64,000 bases of DNA from Vampirovibrionaceae bacterium NZW_1234 (GCA_041697335.1 JBGUGD010000023.1:32001-96000), one strand, 5' to 3'. Numbered from the stretch's first letter, positions 38,579 through 48,725 are shown. Numbers and translations: made by a program. The notes: generated by a model from the letters alone, not told the origin.

Positions 38579-40582
38579 GTGGGATACGGTCCTACTAATT
38601 ATGCGAATAATTTGCAGCAGCAGGTGAACAATTCGTTCCAGCAGCAGCGGCAAAGAATGATGAACCCGGCTCTGACTGGAGTAAGTTCCGATCAGCAGCT
38701 CAGTGCTCTTCAGTTGGCTGGTTTAGCACCGGGTGGGACAGTATTAGGCGATAATAGGCGCATTGCCGGAATTAGCATGGATTACCTGGGCCTGCCCCGG
38801 AATCCCATGGATCCGAATTCCATTATTGCGAATTTTGACCGCAATTATGGGCAAAACATCTTCTCGTACGCAACCGCATTGGGTGGCCCCAATAGCCTGG
38901 CGTCTCAACTCGATCGATCGTATCGGGAAGCCTTGGCCAAACAACAAGGCCGTCCACCATTTATGCCCATGCCCGGTGGTATGCAAGGGGGCTTCCCACA
39001 GCAAGGGTTCCCCGGCGGCTTTCCGCCTCAAGGCTTGCCTCCTGGCTACGGGTTTCCGCAACAAGGTTTACAGGGTGGTTTCCCGCCTCAGGGAGCCTTC
39101 CCGCAACAGGCTGGGTTTATGCAGCCGGGTTTCGCCCCAGGGCAACAAGTTCCCAATCCGTTTGGTCAGACAGGTAATAATATTAATGCCTTGCCGCAGG
39201 CGTCTAATCCATTCCAGCAGGTTCAAGCCGGTGGACAGATTCCAGGGCAGATAGGCCAGGTTCAAGGTATTGCCGGTGCAGTGGGTGCTGCCGCAGCGGG
39301 TGCAGTCGGTGCGGCCGGGGCGATGGATCCAATGACGATTATTATTCTGTTCCTGGTTCTGGCTCAGCTTACAAAAGGTAAGAAGGAACCTCCCATCCCA
39401 TTTGAAGGCTTCGAACTGGATAAGATCCTGAAAGCCATCAATGTTCAGGTGCCGGTGGACGCCAAGGACAGAGAAAAATTTGACGTCATCATCATTAACG
39501 AGCATAAACTCGATGCCCTGATGACTCGACTCGCCATTGATCCGGAAGATTATATTGAGCTTGAAAACAAGATTAACGCTGTCTTCGAGCGAGAGACAAT
39601 CGTTGATACCTATTTGACGGAATTTGGTTTCAATCCGCAGAATTACCTCTACGATATTGCCGGTAAGCTCGGCGCTCTGGAAACCAAGCAAAATCAGATC
39701 AACTTCCTGTATGCCAACATCGAATCCGACCCACCGGCTAACATTAACCTGATGGGTAAGCTGGACAAGTTGGCCGAGAGCAAGGAAGAACTTCGAGAGC
39801 TTGCAGCCCTGGTTGAATTAGATCCGCCGGAAAATGCCAAGCTGCCGGAATTCTATACGGCCTTGTTCAACAAATCCTTGGAATTGAACGGTTGGCTTAG
39901 CGAGTTTGGTTTGCCGGCACCGGCTGCCAATGCCACAATCCAAGACAAGCTGACCAGTCTGGAATCAGCACGGGCTGAAATGGATTACCTGTTGGTCAAT
40001 TTGGGACTGGATCCCGATGACTACGACTCCATTTATAAAGCTGCCAGAGCTGTTATTCAGAAAGAGGCCGATATTAATGCGTTGCTGATAAAAGCACAAC
40101 TGCAACCGGGTAATTACCAGACCATCGCCGATAAATACGACGCCCTGGTCAATAAGGAACTCGAGATCGATAGCAGTGGTCTGCTTGATGACTACGGTAT
40201 GGATGTCTCCGATGATGCCAGCTTGGCCGATAAACTCACGATGATTAAACAGGGCCGTACCGAAATCGAATTCCTGTTCCTCAACCTGGGCCTTGATCCG
40301 GCCGACTTTGATGGCGATCTCGACATCTTCAGTGAGATCCTGATCTATGGCGACGAGATCGATCAATTGCTGGAAGAGACGGCTGGCCTTGATGATGAGC
40401 CTGTTCCTCCGAATGCCACCTTGCGTGACAAGTTCAACATCCTGAAGGCTCGAGATGAGATGCTGACAGAGATATTGGAATCGCTGGATGAGGATCCTGC
40501 CGAATATCCCACCATCAAAGACAAGTTAGAGTTTCTGGAAGAATTGGCCGAGGAATTGCCGGAGGATGAACCTGAGTTCTAA
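38579..40582 (+). CDS. Hypothetical protein: Gly/Gln/Pro/Phe-rich N-terminus, one hydrophobic helix, acidic about 31-aa helical repeats
   Basis: 667-aa ORF, GTG start after GAGGG; GFPQQG repeats; L..LGLDP.DY..I.DK repeats. Confidence 0.8.
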   Translation: MGYGPTNYANNLQQQVNNSFQQQRQRMMNPALTGVSSDQQLSALQLAGLAPGGTVLGDNRRIAGISMDYLGLPRNPMDPNSIIANFDRNYGQNIFSYATALGGPNSLASQLDRSYREALAKQQGRPPFMPMPGGMQGGFPQQGFPGGFPPQGLPPGYGFPQQGLQGGFPPQGAFPQQAGFMQPGFAPGQQVPNPFGQTGNNINALPQASNPFQQVQAGGQIPGQIGQVQGIAGAVGAAAAGAVGAAGAMDPMTIIILFLVLAQLTKGKKEPPIPFEGFELDKILKAINVQVPVDAKDREKFDVIIINEHKLDALMTRLAIDPEDYIELENKINAVFERETIVDTYLTEFGFNPQNYLYDIAGKLGALETKQNQINFLYANIESDPPANINLMGKLDKLAESKEELRELAALVELDPPENAKLPEFYTALFNKSLELNGWLSEFGLPAPAANATIQDKLTSLESARAEMDYLLVNLGLDPDDYDSIYKAARAVIQKEADINALLIKAQLQPGNYQTIADKYDALVNKELEIDSSGLLDDYGMDVSDDASLADKLTMIKQGRTEIEFLFLNLGLDPADFDGDLDIFSEILIYGDEIDQLLEETAGLDDEPVPPNATLRDKFNILKARDEMLTEILESLDEDPAEYPTIKDKLEFLEELAEELPEDEPEF

Positions 40583-40665
40583 TTCCGGGATGCTCGATAG
40601 GCATTTCAACCATTGAATAAGACCAAGAAGTAATACAAACAGAACGATTATAGGAACCAAGACCG

Positions 40666-41895
40666 ATGTATACTCAGCCCAACTTTACATTAACCCCACA
40701 AGGAGCACAGCCCGGCATGCTGGGTGCTGCTAACCTGGGTGTGGGCGCCATGAATACAAATGGCCTCACCATGGCCTACGGTCAAAACCTTTATGGCAAT
40801 GTCGCCAATTGGGGCGCTGCGTCACCGGGTATGGTGGCCCAGCCAGGCTGGTCGGACTTACAGACAATGCAAGGTGGGTCGCCATCGACCTTTGGCATGG
40901 CCGCATATCCTGCGGCACAACCCTTGGGTGGGGGCGATATCATGAGCAGTCTGACCGGTGCCGTCAATGTTCAACCCAACAGTTTTCTGGATATTGCCGG
41001 GATTGTCGGGGCGCAACAATCGGCGGCCCTGTTTAATCAGATGCCGCAGATGAACCCTATGGGCAATTTAATGAACCCCTCCGGGATGATGCCGGTTATG
41101 TATGCGATGCCACAAGTCACGCAGCCAATGATGACACCGCAGATGATGATGCCCCAGATGATGCCAATGCCCATGATGCCGCAATTTCAGTTTATGCCTG
41201 GGGCTCCCATGATGACCATGCCCTTTGGCATGTCTCCTCCCACAACAAACACCGCGGTTGATTCGGCGGCGATTGGGGCGGCAGCAATTTTGGCTGCTTT
41301 AAAAGGAGCTGCCGATGGCGGATCTTCATCGAAATCAACCAAGACCTTTGAGAACGCCGCATCCGGAACGAATACTCCGGCTACGGAAAACACCACAATT
41401 ACGGATAACAATCAGTCGCAACAGGCTGTCATCAACAGTCTGAACCAGCGAGTGGGTCAGTTGGAATCGCAATTGGCACAATCCCAAACGCAACTAACTC
41501 AGGCTCAGGCCCAGTTGGCCCAGTTGCAGCAATCACAACAGAATCAATCGCAGACGGGTACCAATTCCACGCAAACCAACACGACCCAGACCAATAACAC
41601 CCAGACAGAAACGACTCAAACCGGTAATACCCAGACAGAAACCACAGAAACCAACGCACAGACGGGAACGGGGGCAACCCAGACCGGCAACCAAACCCCA
41701 TCTGGAGAAACGGGTCAAACCCAAGCTTCGTCCGGAGGAACTCAAACGACACAAGAGGCCTCCCAGGAAAATAATACATCGACCCAACAAACTCAGGAAT
41801 CCAATGCCATTGATGATATGAGCAATGCCGTCAACGCGATGCTCGACAATCTGGATGATTGGACAAATGATGACTCGGAAGTGATTGAGGCATAA
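40666..41895 (+). CDS. Low-complexity protein: Met/Pro/Gln-rich, coiled coil, Thr/Gln/Asn-rich tail
   Basis: 409-aa ORF with AGGAA SD, co-oriented with the upstream gene. Confidence 0.75.
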   Translation: MYTQPNFTLTPQGAQPGMLGAANLGVGAMNTNGLTMAYGQNLYGNVANWGAASPGMVAQPGWSDLQTMQGGSPSTFGMAAYPAAQPLGGGDIMSSLTGAVNVQPNSFLDIAGIVGAQQSAALFNQMPQMNPMGNLMNPSGMMPVMYAMPQVTQPMMTPQMMMPQMMPMPMMPQFQFMPGAPMMTMPFGMSPPTTNTAVDSAAIGAAAILAALKGAADGGSSSKSTKTFENAASGTNTPATENTTITDNNQSQQAVINSLNQRVGQLESQLAQSQTQLTQAQAQLAQLQQSQQNQSQTGTNSTQTNTTQTNNTQTETTQTGNTQTETTETNAQTGTGATQTGNQTPSGETGQTQASSGGTQTTQEASQENNTSTQQTQESNAIDDMSNAVNAMLDNLDDWTNDDSEVIEA

Positions 41896-42545
41896 TCGCT
41901 TCATTCAAAGGCGGATACTATTGGAAAACCAGAGAGAGAGAGAGTAGACAGCAAAGAGAATAAGAAGAAACAGAAGAAGAGATTGAGAGAATGAATGAAT
42001 GTAGCGAGTAGAAGGTAAAACGTCGAGAAGCGAGTTAAATGTAGGATTGGAAAACAAGAACGTAGGAAAACAAGATCGTAGGAACCTGTTGGAAAACCAG
42101 AGAGAGAACAAAGAACGAAGAAGAAAACGAAGAAGAGAAGAGACCCTAGGAAGAAAGTAGCGAGAGAAAGAGAGAAGAAACAATCAAGGCGATGAAAGAA
42201 GAAAAACAACATCAATAATTAAGGCACGTGTAGGAATGAAAGTAGGAACGGTGAATCGGAAAACAAGAACGTAGGAAACACCCAGTGCTGGGAGACAAAA
42301 GACGAAGAAGAGAGAGAGACGGAAGAGAGAGCGAAAGAGAGAGAGAGAGAAGGAAGAAACATATGAGTGCAAGAGGCGGTAGCGTGACAGAGGAGAGGAA
42401 CTCTCGGAGAGCATCCCAAAGATGCATTCCGATCGCAGGTTATGGTCAATCGACCGGGGCGGTTTCGCTTACGATTCCCTTGGATAGACCTCCATATGGA
42501 TGGTGGGGACTATCCAAAAATGATAGTAACCCAGAGAAAGAGAAG

Positions 42546-42701
42546 ATGATGCAAGAACCAGTCACCTTTGACCGTCATGAATCCACGGAAAACATGGATA
42601 CGTCAATGCACTATGAACCGGACTTCACACCCCAGGGGCCGAATCCTGGATGGATGACCATGGCCTCTCACGCTGTGCCGTTTCTTGGCAGTTCAATCTG
42701 A
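42546..42701 (+). CDS. Possible 51-aa small protein inside the purine-rich region
   Basis: Normal-composition ORF MMQEPVTF...; weak support. Confidence 0.25.
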   Translation: MMQEPVTFDRHESTENMDTSMHYEPDFTPQGPNPGWMTMASHAVPFLGSSI

Positions 42702-43050
42702 TCATCAGATCAGGCGTGTTTTTCTGAGTCCTGCATCAGAAACCGGATTTATTGGAAAACAACACCCCACTTCGAAGGAGAACCTGACCCGAGAAAGATG
42801 AAGAGAGAGAAAAAACGAGAAAGAGAGAAACCAACACAATCGGAGAACATAAAAGCGCAGTTGAACCAATCATCTGTAGCGTGACTACGAGAGGATAAAG
42901 GAGAGAGGAAAACCCATGCCCTGCCGATGCGGCAGCGTGGCTTGGTCGAAAGAGGAGAGAGAGGAAACCTGAACCATAAATAGCCACGTCTCAAGGCTTT
43001 GGTCTACCCGATCATGTTTGAGACGGTTATTGAAGCAAAACCATCACCAC

Positions 43051-43560
43051 AGAAAGGAGGCCTTATCGAGCAAACTCGACCGGATAAAGACACAATTACA
43101 CTCTGATAAGAACGGATTATTCTTCCCATTGCGGTACGTCTTTTTGCCAGCCGAAAGGAGGTCCTATCGAATAAATTCGGCCCAGAGTATCATCAATCAC
43201 TCTCAAAACAGGAATTATTCTTCATTGATGTATTGTGTCCACCCAAAACAAAAAGGAGGTCTTATCGAGTAGACTCAGATGACGTCTTATAATGACGCTC
43301 TATAACGGAATTATTCTTCACATTCATGTCCCGACAATCCAACCGAAAGGAGGTCCTACCCCGAGAAAAAAATGACTCTAACATCTACACTACGCTCTTA
43401 AATAAAACGGATTATTCTTCAAAACCCAACGTCACATCCCCACAACCAAAAAGGAGGCCCATCCCCTAGAAAAAAGACTCTAACATCTACACTACGCTCT
43501 TAAATAAAACGGATTATTCTTCAAAACCCAACGTTACATCCCCACAACCGGAAAGGAGGA
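43051..43560. repeat. Array of five about 100-bp degenerate units plus a sixth partial box; candidate ncRNA array
   Basis: AAAGGAGG at 43053, 43154, 43252, 43346, 43450, 43552; GG(A)ATTATTCTTC at 43114, 43211, 43307, 43409, 43511. Confidence 0.9.
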
Positions 43561-43704
43561 CAATCACCCAGAAAGAGAGAGAGAGAAAAGACGAAGGACT
43601 TTATTCACGATAAGCGAAGAGAAAAGGAAAGCGAAGAGAGAGAAAAACGAAGAAGAGAAGAAGAAGAAGAGATAACGCGAAGAGAACAGATCCAAGAGGA
43701 TCCA

Positions 43705-44880
43705 TTACGAAGAAAAGCTTTCCTCCATTAATTCACACAGTGTTTTATACACGTAGAGAGACGCCGGCTGTTGCCCAAGCGTCTCTTTTATTTTGCCAAG
43801 CTCCTGGTCGGCCAGTTCTCTCTCAGGGCTGGGCTTAAGGTAGGGGCCAATGGCTTTGGCATAGTTTTCCGGCGTTACGTCGGCCATCATCAACTCCGGG
43901 AGGAAGCCCTCCGGGCGTTCGGACAGAATGTTCGGCAGCCCGATGTGAGTGACATATTTAAAATGCTTGAAGAACCAGTAGGCGATCGCCGACAGTTTGT
44001 AGGAAATCACCGATGGGGTTCCGTATAGCGCAGCTTCCAGGGTAATGGTTCCGGAGGCGGCCAGAATGGCCTCAGATAATGCCAGAATAGCCTCGTTGCG
44101 TCGCTCGATAATCTGGAAGGAAACGCCTTTCAGGGTATTTGTGTATGGGGCCATGGTGGCGTCCAGGAATTCCTGGGTAATTGCCGGTGACTTGGCCAGC
44201 AAAAACTGGAAGTCCTGTTGATGCTGCTGGTTGATGCGAGGAAGGGCTTCCAGCATGGGAGGCAGAAGACTCCGAATCTCCATTCGGCGGGAACCGGGGA
44301 AAATGCCGATAATCGGCTTTTCCGGATCCAGGCCGAATTCGTTACAGAATTTCAACCGGTCCGGTGGCGGTGCCATGGCTTCGGCCAGGGGGTGGCCCAC
44401 AAAAGTGGCCGGGATGGCCTGGGCGTCGTAAATGGGCTTTTCAAAGGGGAAAATACAGAAGACATGATCCACGTATTTCTTGATGCTCTTCAAACGCCAG
44501 CGCTTGGAGGCCCAGACCTGGGGCGGGATATAGTAGAACACGGGAATACCCAGGGCCTTGAGACGCTTGGCCAGATGCAGGTGAAACATGCCATAGTCAA
44601 TCAGCAGAACGGCATCGGGCCGCCACGCGTGTGTGAAATGCCGGATCAGATCATTGGCCAGACGCAGGTGATAAGGAATCGCACCCAGGAACCCGATGCC
44701 AAGCACACCGAGCTTTTCCTGGCGATGAAAGAGGGTTACCCCGGTTTCTTCGATAAACGTGCCGCCAATGGCCTGTATTTCCACATCGGGGCGGTGTGTC
44801 TGAAACTGTCGAATGACACGGGCACCATGCACATCTCCGGATGCATCACCGGTGCTTACAAAGAGTCGTTTGAAGCTCAT
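43705..44880 (-). CDS. lpxB: Lipid-A-disaccharide synthase
   Basis: STGDASGD, LIDY, YIPPQVWA, FVGHPL, FPGSR, ASGTITLE; ATGA overlap with the upstream gene. Confidence 0.95.
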   Translation of the reverse strand: MSFKRLFVSTGDASGDVHGARVIRQFQTHRPDVEIQAIGGTFIEETGVTLFHRQEKLGVLGIGFLGAIPYHLRLANDLIRHFTHAWRPDAVLLIDYGMFHLHLAKRLKALGIPVFYYIPPQVWASKRWRLKSIKKYVDHVFCIFPFEKPIYDAQAIPATFVGHPLAEAMAPPPDRLKFCNEFGLDPEKPIIGIFPGSRRMEIRSLLPPMLEALPRINQQHQQDFQFLLAKSPAITQEFLDATMAPYTNTLKGVSFQIIERRNEAILALSEAILAASGTITLEAALYGTPSVISYKLSAIAYWFFKHFKYVTHIGLPNILSERPEGFLPELMMADVTPENYAKAIGPYLKPSPERELADQELGKIKETLGQQPASLYVYKTLCELMEESFSS

Positions 44881-45764
44881 AAGGCAAGAAAGGTCATGTG
44901 CCACTGATCGGCCAACCGAGTCATTTTGGGCAGATCCAGAACCAGGGTTTTGTGTGCCTCCACCGCCAGCACTTTCAGCCCGGCCTTACGCATGGAGACC
45001 AGGGTCCGGGGGCCGACCGTGGGGACATCAAAACGCTGATCCTGGCCGGGCTTTTCCACTTTGGCCACCACGCCCCCTTTTTTACCGGTCCACTTGCCGG
45101 AGCGTCGAATGGCCTGGTCGGTGCCTTCAATGGCTTCCACGGCTATTACCATGCCGTTATGGACAATTACGGTCTGCCCGATATCCAGGCGGCCCATTTC
45201 CCGAGCCGTGGTCAGAGCAAACTTGATATCGTCCGCCTCTTTATCCGAAGGCGGCCGCTGACTGTACTGCCCGGGTGGGATGAGTGCCGAAGTCAGGTAG
45301 TGGGTCTGAGGGAGGACTAAAATGCCCTCTTGTTCTTCAAACTCCCGAATAATCATCAGCATCACGTTATCGTCGTTCAGCTGACGGCTTTGCCGAAACA
45401 AGGCCATCGCCCGGGCATCCAGAACCGGGTGCCGGAGCAGGACCCACTTGTTGACTTTGCCCCCAAAGACCGCATGGGTCAGGCCGTGCTCATGCATGAG
45501 ACGGAAGTTTTTATTCAGGAGCCCGGGCTTGGTGGGATGGACCCGGTTGGCGGGCAGACGTTTACGAAAGGCACTGACGTTGCCGGGATCCATGGCATAC
45601 ACAAACACGGTCAATCCTTGCGAGAGCATCGTTTCAAGCATCATTACCGGCAGTTCGCCTTCACCGGCAACCAGGCCGACAATGGCAGTATTGGGGTCCA
45701 GGCGGGTATCGGCAGGCATGGCAGTCGCGTTTTCTGTCAGCATTTCAGAGGGCATGGTGTTCAT
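44877..45764 (-). CDS. lpxI: UDP-2,3-diacylglucosamine diphosphatase LpxI
   Basis: GLVAGEGELP, DIGQTV, AVEAIEGTD, KPGQDQRFDVPTVG; start uncertain. Confidence 0.92.
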   Translation of the reverse strand: MNTMPSEMLTENATAMPADTRLDPNTAIVGLVAGEGELPVMMLETMLSQGLTVFVYAMDPGNVSAFRKRLPANRVHPTKPGLLNKNFRLMHEHGLTHAVFGGKVNKWVLLRHPVLDARAMALFRQSRQLNDDNVMLMIIREFEEQEGILVLPQTHYLTSALIPPGQYSQRPPSDKEADDIKFALTTAREMGRLDIGQTVIVHNGMVIAVEAIEGTDQAIRRSGKWTGKKGGVVAKVEKPGQDQRFDVPTVGPRTLVSMRKAGLKVLAVEAHKTLVLDLPKMTRLADQWHMTFLAL

Positions 45765-46019
45765 ACACAGGCCATGGTGAGGCCGTTCTGGGTTTATTGT
45801 GCTACGACCCAGTGTATCATGTCCAAGGACACCCCGACGGAAATAGGGTCCGAAGAAGCCTAAAAAGAAACCCTCCTGCACGCTGGAAGGCATACAGAAG
45901 GGTAATGACATTCCCAAGTGGGTCTTATATGGGTTGTGACTTGCTCGTGTGGCTTTCTGCTGAACTTTTTACGGATGGGTTTTCTCGAGACGTTTTTCCG
46001 GCAATTTGTTGATACGAGT

Positions 46020-46406
46020 TTATCGGTAAACCATCCGCTCCCGACTGGCATTGATGGCTACAAACAATGCCGAGAACGTAATCAACAGGTGCAACCAGTT
46101 GTCTGCCCGGTTGATATGAATCATGTTAAACAACATGCCCCGATCCGGCGTCATCACAAATCCCAGCAAGGTTACCAGACCGTAGGCTATAACCAGGTAC
46201 CAGGCATAGCCAATGGCCAAGCGGGTCTCTCGGTATCCGGCAGCCCATATCCCAATGATTCCGGACAGAATGTGAATAATATTGTGTGGGGTATTTACCG
46301 CAAAAATGCCCAACAAGCGTCCATCGGGTGTGAGGCCCGGTATAAAACCAAGGACACCGATGAGTAGAAACACGATGCCCATTACAAAGGCAAACGAACG
46401 AACCAT
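46020..46406 (-). CDS. Four-TM small membrane protein (DUF4383-like)
   Basis: GIFAVNTPHNIIHILSG and N.ADNWLH motifs; GGAGGAG SD. Confidence 0.8.
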   Translation of the reverse strand: MVRSFAFVMGIVFLLIGVLGFIPGLTPDGRLLGIFAVNTPHNIIHILSGIIGIWAAGYRETRLAIGYAWYLVIAYGLVTLLGFVMTPDRGMLFNMIHINRADNWLHLLITFSALFVAINASRERMVYR

Positions 46407-46641
46407 AATCTTACTCCTCCCCTTTCATGGATGACCTGGGTTTCTCCAAACCATGATATTTCTGCTACCACCTTAACGGATGGGGCACTCCTTTTCATTC
46501 CCCAGCTCACGGATGTCTCCTGAGCGTTCAGCCGGATTGCTGATGCCCGCTTCGGCAATCTGTCATGCCCAAGCGCAACTTTTCGGCTTGACCTCCCTTT
46601 ATTGGAGGGTTCCCCTGATGCTGGTTGATGAAAGGAAATTG

Positions 46642-48153
46642 ATGAGAGTTTGTGAGATTCGGACGGCCCTAAAGGCTGTTCCCTCCGATAAAAGGGCCTC
46701 ATATACCCCTGTATTGCCTTTGTCCTCCAGGCCGGTCTCTTCGCCAGTCACGAATGACCTTCGTTTTTCCGGCGCTTCTGCTCGGATTCGTTTGTTGTTG
46801 GCCTTTTCGGCACTTTGGGGCGGTTTGACGGCACTGCCATATCCGGCGGTTACCCTGAAACAGGTGGACCCGAAGGTCCGTCAGGAGCGGATGGCGCAGG
46901 ACGATTTGGCCTTATTTAAAGAACTCTATCAGCTTAAAGCCGAATACAAGACCATCTATAAGGCTTACTCGGCCAATCTGGACAAACGCCAGCAGGCGGA
47001 AAAGGTGCTGCGCAATTATCTGAAATTGCAGCCGGAAACCTTGAAAGCCCTGCACGTTCAGGCCGAAAAGGCTCAGGTCCTCTTTAGCCCGGACTTGCCT
47101 GCCGAGGCATTGATGAGTGAGACGGTTTTCCAGGCTTTACCCGAGGCTGCCCGACAAGATCAGCGTCTGGTGCGGTGGCGAAAGCTCTATGCCAGCCTTG
47201 AGGAAGAAGCCCGAGAATTGTACCCAACCGTGGATAGCCGGTTTAAAGCCTATGCACGCTTTATTGGAGTCAACCAATCCGCCCTGGTTCATGCCATCAA
47301 CCGAAACCGTGTTGAGCCGCCTGTGGCCAACCCGAAGAACCCATTGCCTGATAATGTCAGAACCATGGCCGCCACTCTGCAACAGGATTCCGTCATTCAA
47401 GACGGCTTTACCGGGAGCAATATGGCAATGCGTCAGTTTATCCGAGCCCTCAGCCTTACAGAGTCCATGAACTCAGCCTATAATGCCCTCGATGAAATGC
47501 CCTTGCGCTTGCAGACCTATAGTCCCGAGATCCAAAAGCCAATTTCGACCTTGCGATCGGATCCGGCGTGGAAGCTGCATTGGCAAAAGCGGCACAATGC
47601 GGATCCGTCCGTCACCCGCATTGCCATTTTAATTCCCACGGAAGGCAATGATGCGTTGGAGGAAATGAATTTTGCCGACCAGATGACGCAGCTTAAAACG
47701 GCCTTGACGGATCCCAAAACAGGGTACCGCGTTGATTCGGTGATTCTGCCGCCCCCTGCCCAAAAAGAAGACGGGATTGTCCTTTTTCCGTCCTTTGAAG
47801 GCCGGGTGAACCGGGCCTTTGCCCAGGCTTGCCAGGAGCGGGATAGAATTCTGGCCGAGCGACCCGGGCAGAAGGTCGAGTTTTTTGTGGCCTGGATGGG
47901 CCACGGCGGGGTGGACACCAAGGGCCGCCCGACCCCGCAGGACCCGGATTCCTTGGATTTTTACCGCCAGGGCACCGGTGATTTTGTCCTAGGGCTAAAT
48001 CGCTGGGAGAGCCTCCCCCCCAAAAAACGGCATGCCTTGCTGGCCAGCCTCGGGGGACCGACCTTCGAGCTCCTGATTGCCTGCCACGCCGGAGCCGGCA
48101 TTTGTAAACAAGTTGAGTCACCGTGTAAGCCTGATGCGAGTCGTCTCACTTGA
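46642..48153 (+). CDS. Hypothetical protein with LRFSG leader, helical middle and C-terminal caspase-like (clan CD) His-Cys motifs
   Basis: FFVAWMGHGG and LLIACHAG; AAAGGA SD before ATG 46642. Confidence 0.65.
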   Translation: MRVCEIRTALKAVPSDKRASYTPVLPLSSRPVSSPVTNDLRFSGASARIRLLLAFSALWGGLTALPYPAVTLKQVDPKVRQERMAQDDLALFKELYQLKAEYKTIYKAYSANLDKRQQAEKVLRNYLKLQPETLKALHVQAEKAQVLFSPDLPAEALMSETVFQALPEAARQDQRLVRWRKLYASLEEEARELYPTVDSRFKAYARFIGVNQSALVHAINRNRVEPPVANPKNPLPDNVRTMAATLQQDSVIQDGFTGSNMAMRQFIRALSLTESMNSAYNALDEMPLRLQTYSPEIQKPISTLRSDPAWKLHWQKRHNADPSVTRIAILIPTEGNDALEEMNFADQMTQLKTALTDPKTGYRVDSVILPPPAQKEDGIVLFPSFEGRVNRAFAQACQERDRILAERPGQKVEFFVAWMGHGGVDTKGRPTPQDPDSLDFYRQGTGDFVLGLNRWESLPPKKRHALLASLGGPTFELLIACHAGAGICKQVESPCKPDASRLT

Positions 48154-48229
48154 TCTTTTTCTCATCAGAATGTTTCGGGGCCATTATTGTCTCAACACAG
48201 TGGCTTCCTCCGGTTGTCGTGAGTTGTAA

Positions 48230-48256
48230 TCAACTTTTTTGAAATCTGTCCGATAC
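48230..48256 (+). promoter_or_regulatory. Possible sigma28-type promoter
   Basis: TCAA-N15-TCCGATAC upstream of ORF 48324. Confidence 0.35.
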
Positions 48257-48323
48257 TCTAGGACATCATCCAACGGGCCTTGTCCTGGTTCACAATTAAT
48301 CTGAAGAGAGGGGAATCGTCGCC

Positions 48324-48725
48324 ATGGTTAACCCGAGTCAACCCACCGGTCCTTACCGTCCTTCTGAACCTTTAAACCTGGCTTCCTCCCAGACTGAAGT
48401 TTCACCTGGGTCTGTCTCACCGCAACCATCGCCACCTCCTTCACTTCGCCACGACACATTTGAGCTATCCCCATATTTATCGGAGCAAATTCAGCCCATT
48501 GAGAAAGAGCCATCCCCTGCAGTGGAGGCGCTGTCGATTCTATACAACGAGCCGGTGAATACGTTTCCGTGGTACTACCCCATCGATTCCAATACCCACG
48601 TCAGCAAGTTGGAGTTGCAAGACTCTAATCTCTATAAGTTTCAGAATATCAGTTCATTCTCGGAATTACATTATTTGAGTCCCCAAATTAATATTGTGGG
48701 CAAACGTGATTTTTATATCGATTAG
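48324..48725 (+). CDS. Pro/Ser-rich hypothetical protein
   Basis: GAGGGG SD; N-terminus resembles ORF 25772. Confidence 0.6.
   Translation: MVNPSQPTGPYRPSEPLNLASSQTEVSPGSVSPQPSPPPSLRHDTFELSPYLSEQIQPIEKEPSPAVEALSILYNEPVNTFPWYYPIDSNTHVSKLELQDSNLYKFQNISSFSELHYLSPQINIVGKRDFYID

Larger units (their letters stand above)
41915..43700. other. About 1.8-kb mostly non-coding, strand-asymmetric (A/G-rich on +) region with short repeats
   Basis: Long GA tracts; ggaaaacaagaacgtaggaa and ttggaaaaccagagagaga repeated. Confidence 0.75.

Noticed and set aside
41901..42994. Phe/Leu/Ser-rich minus-strand ORFs
   Set aside because: Expected by-product of CT-rich low-complexity DNA; several overlapping frames are equally open
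43051..43560. CRISPR array
   Set aside because: Conserved boxes are only 8-13 nt, the period is about 100 bp, two units are near-duplicates and there are no cas genes
43051..43560. Array of small-peptide genes behind perfect SD sequences
   Set aside because: No ATG/GTG/TTG at a consistent SD distance, and no conserved reading frame across units
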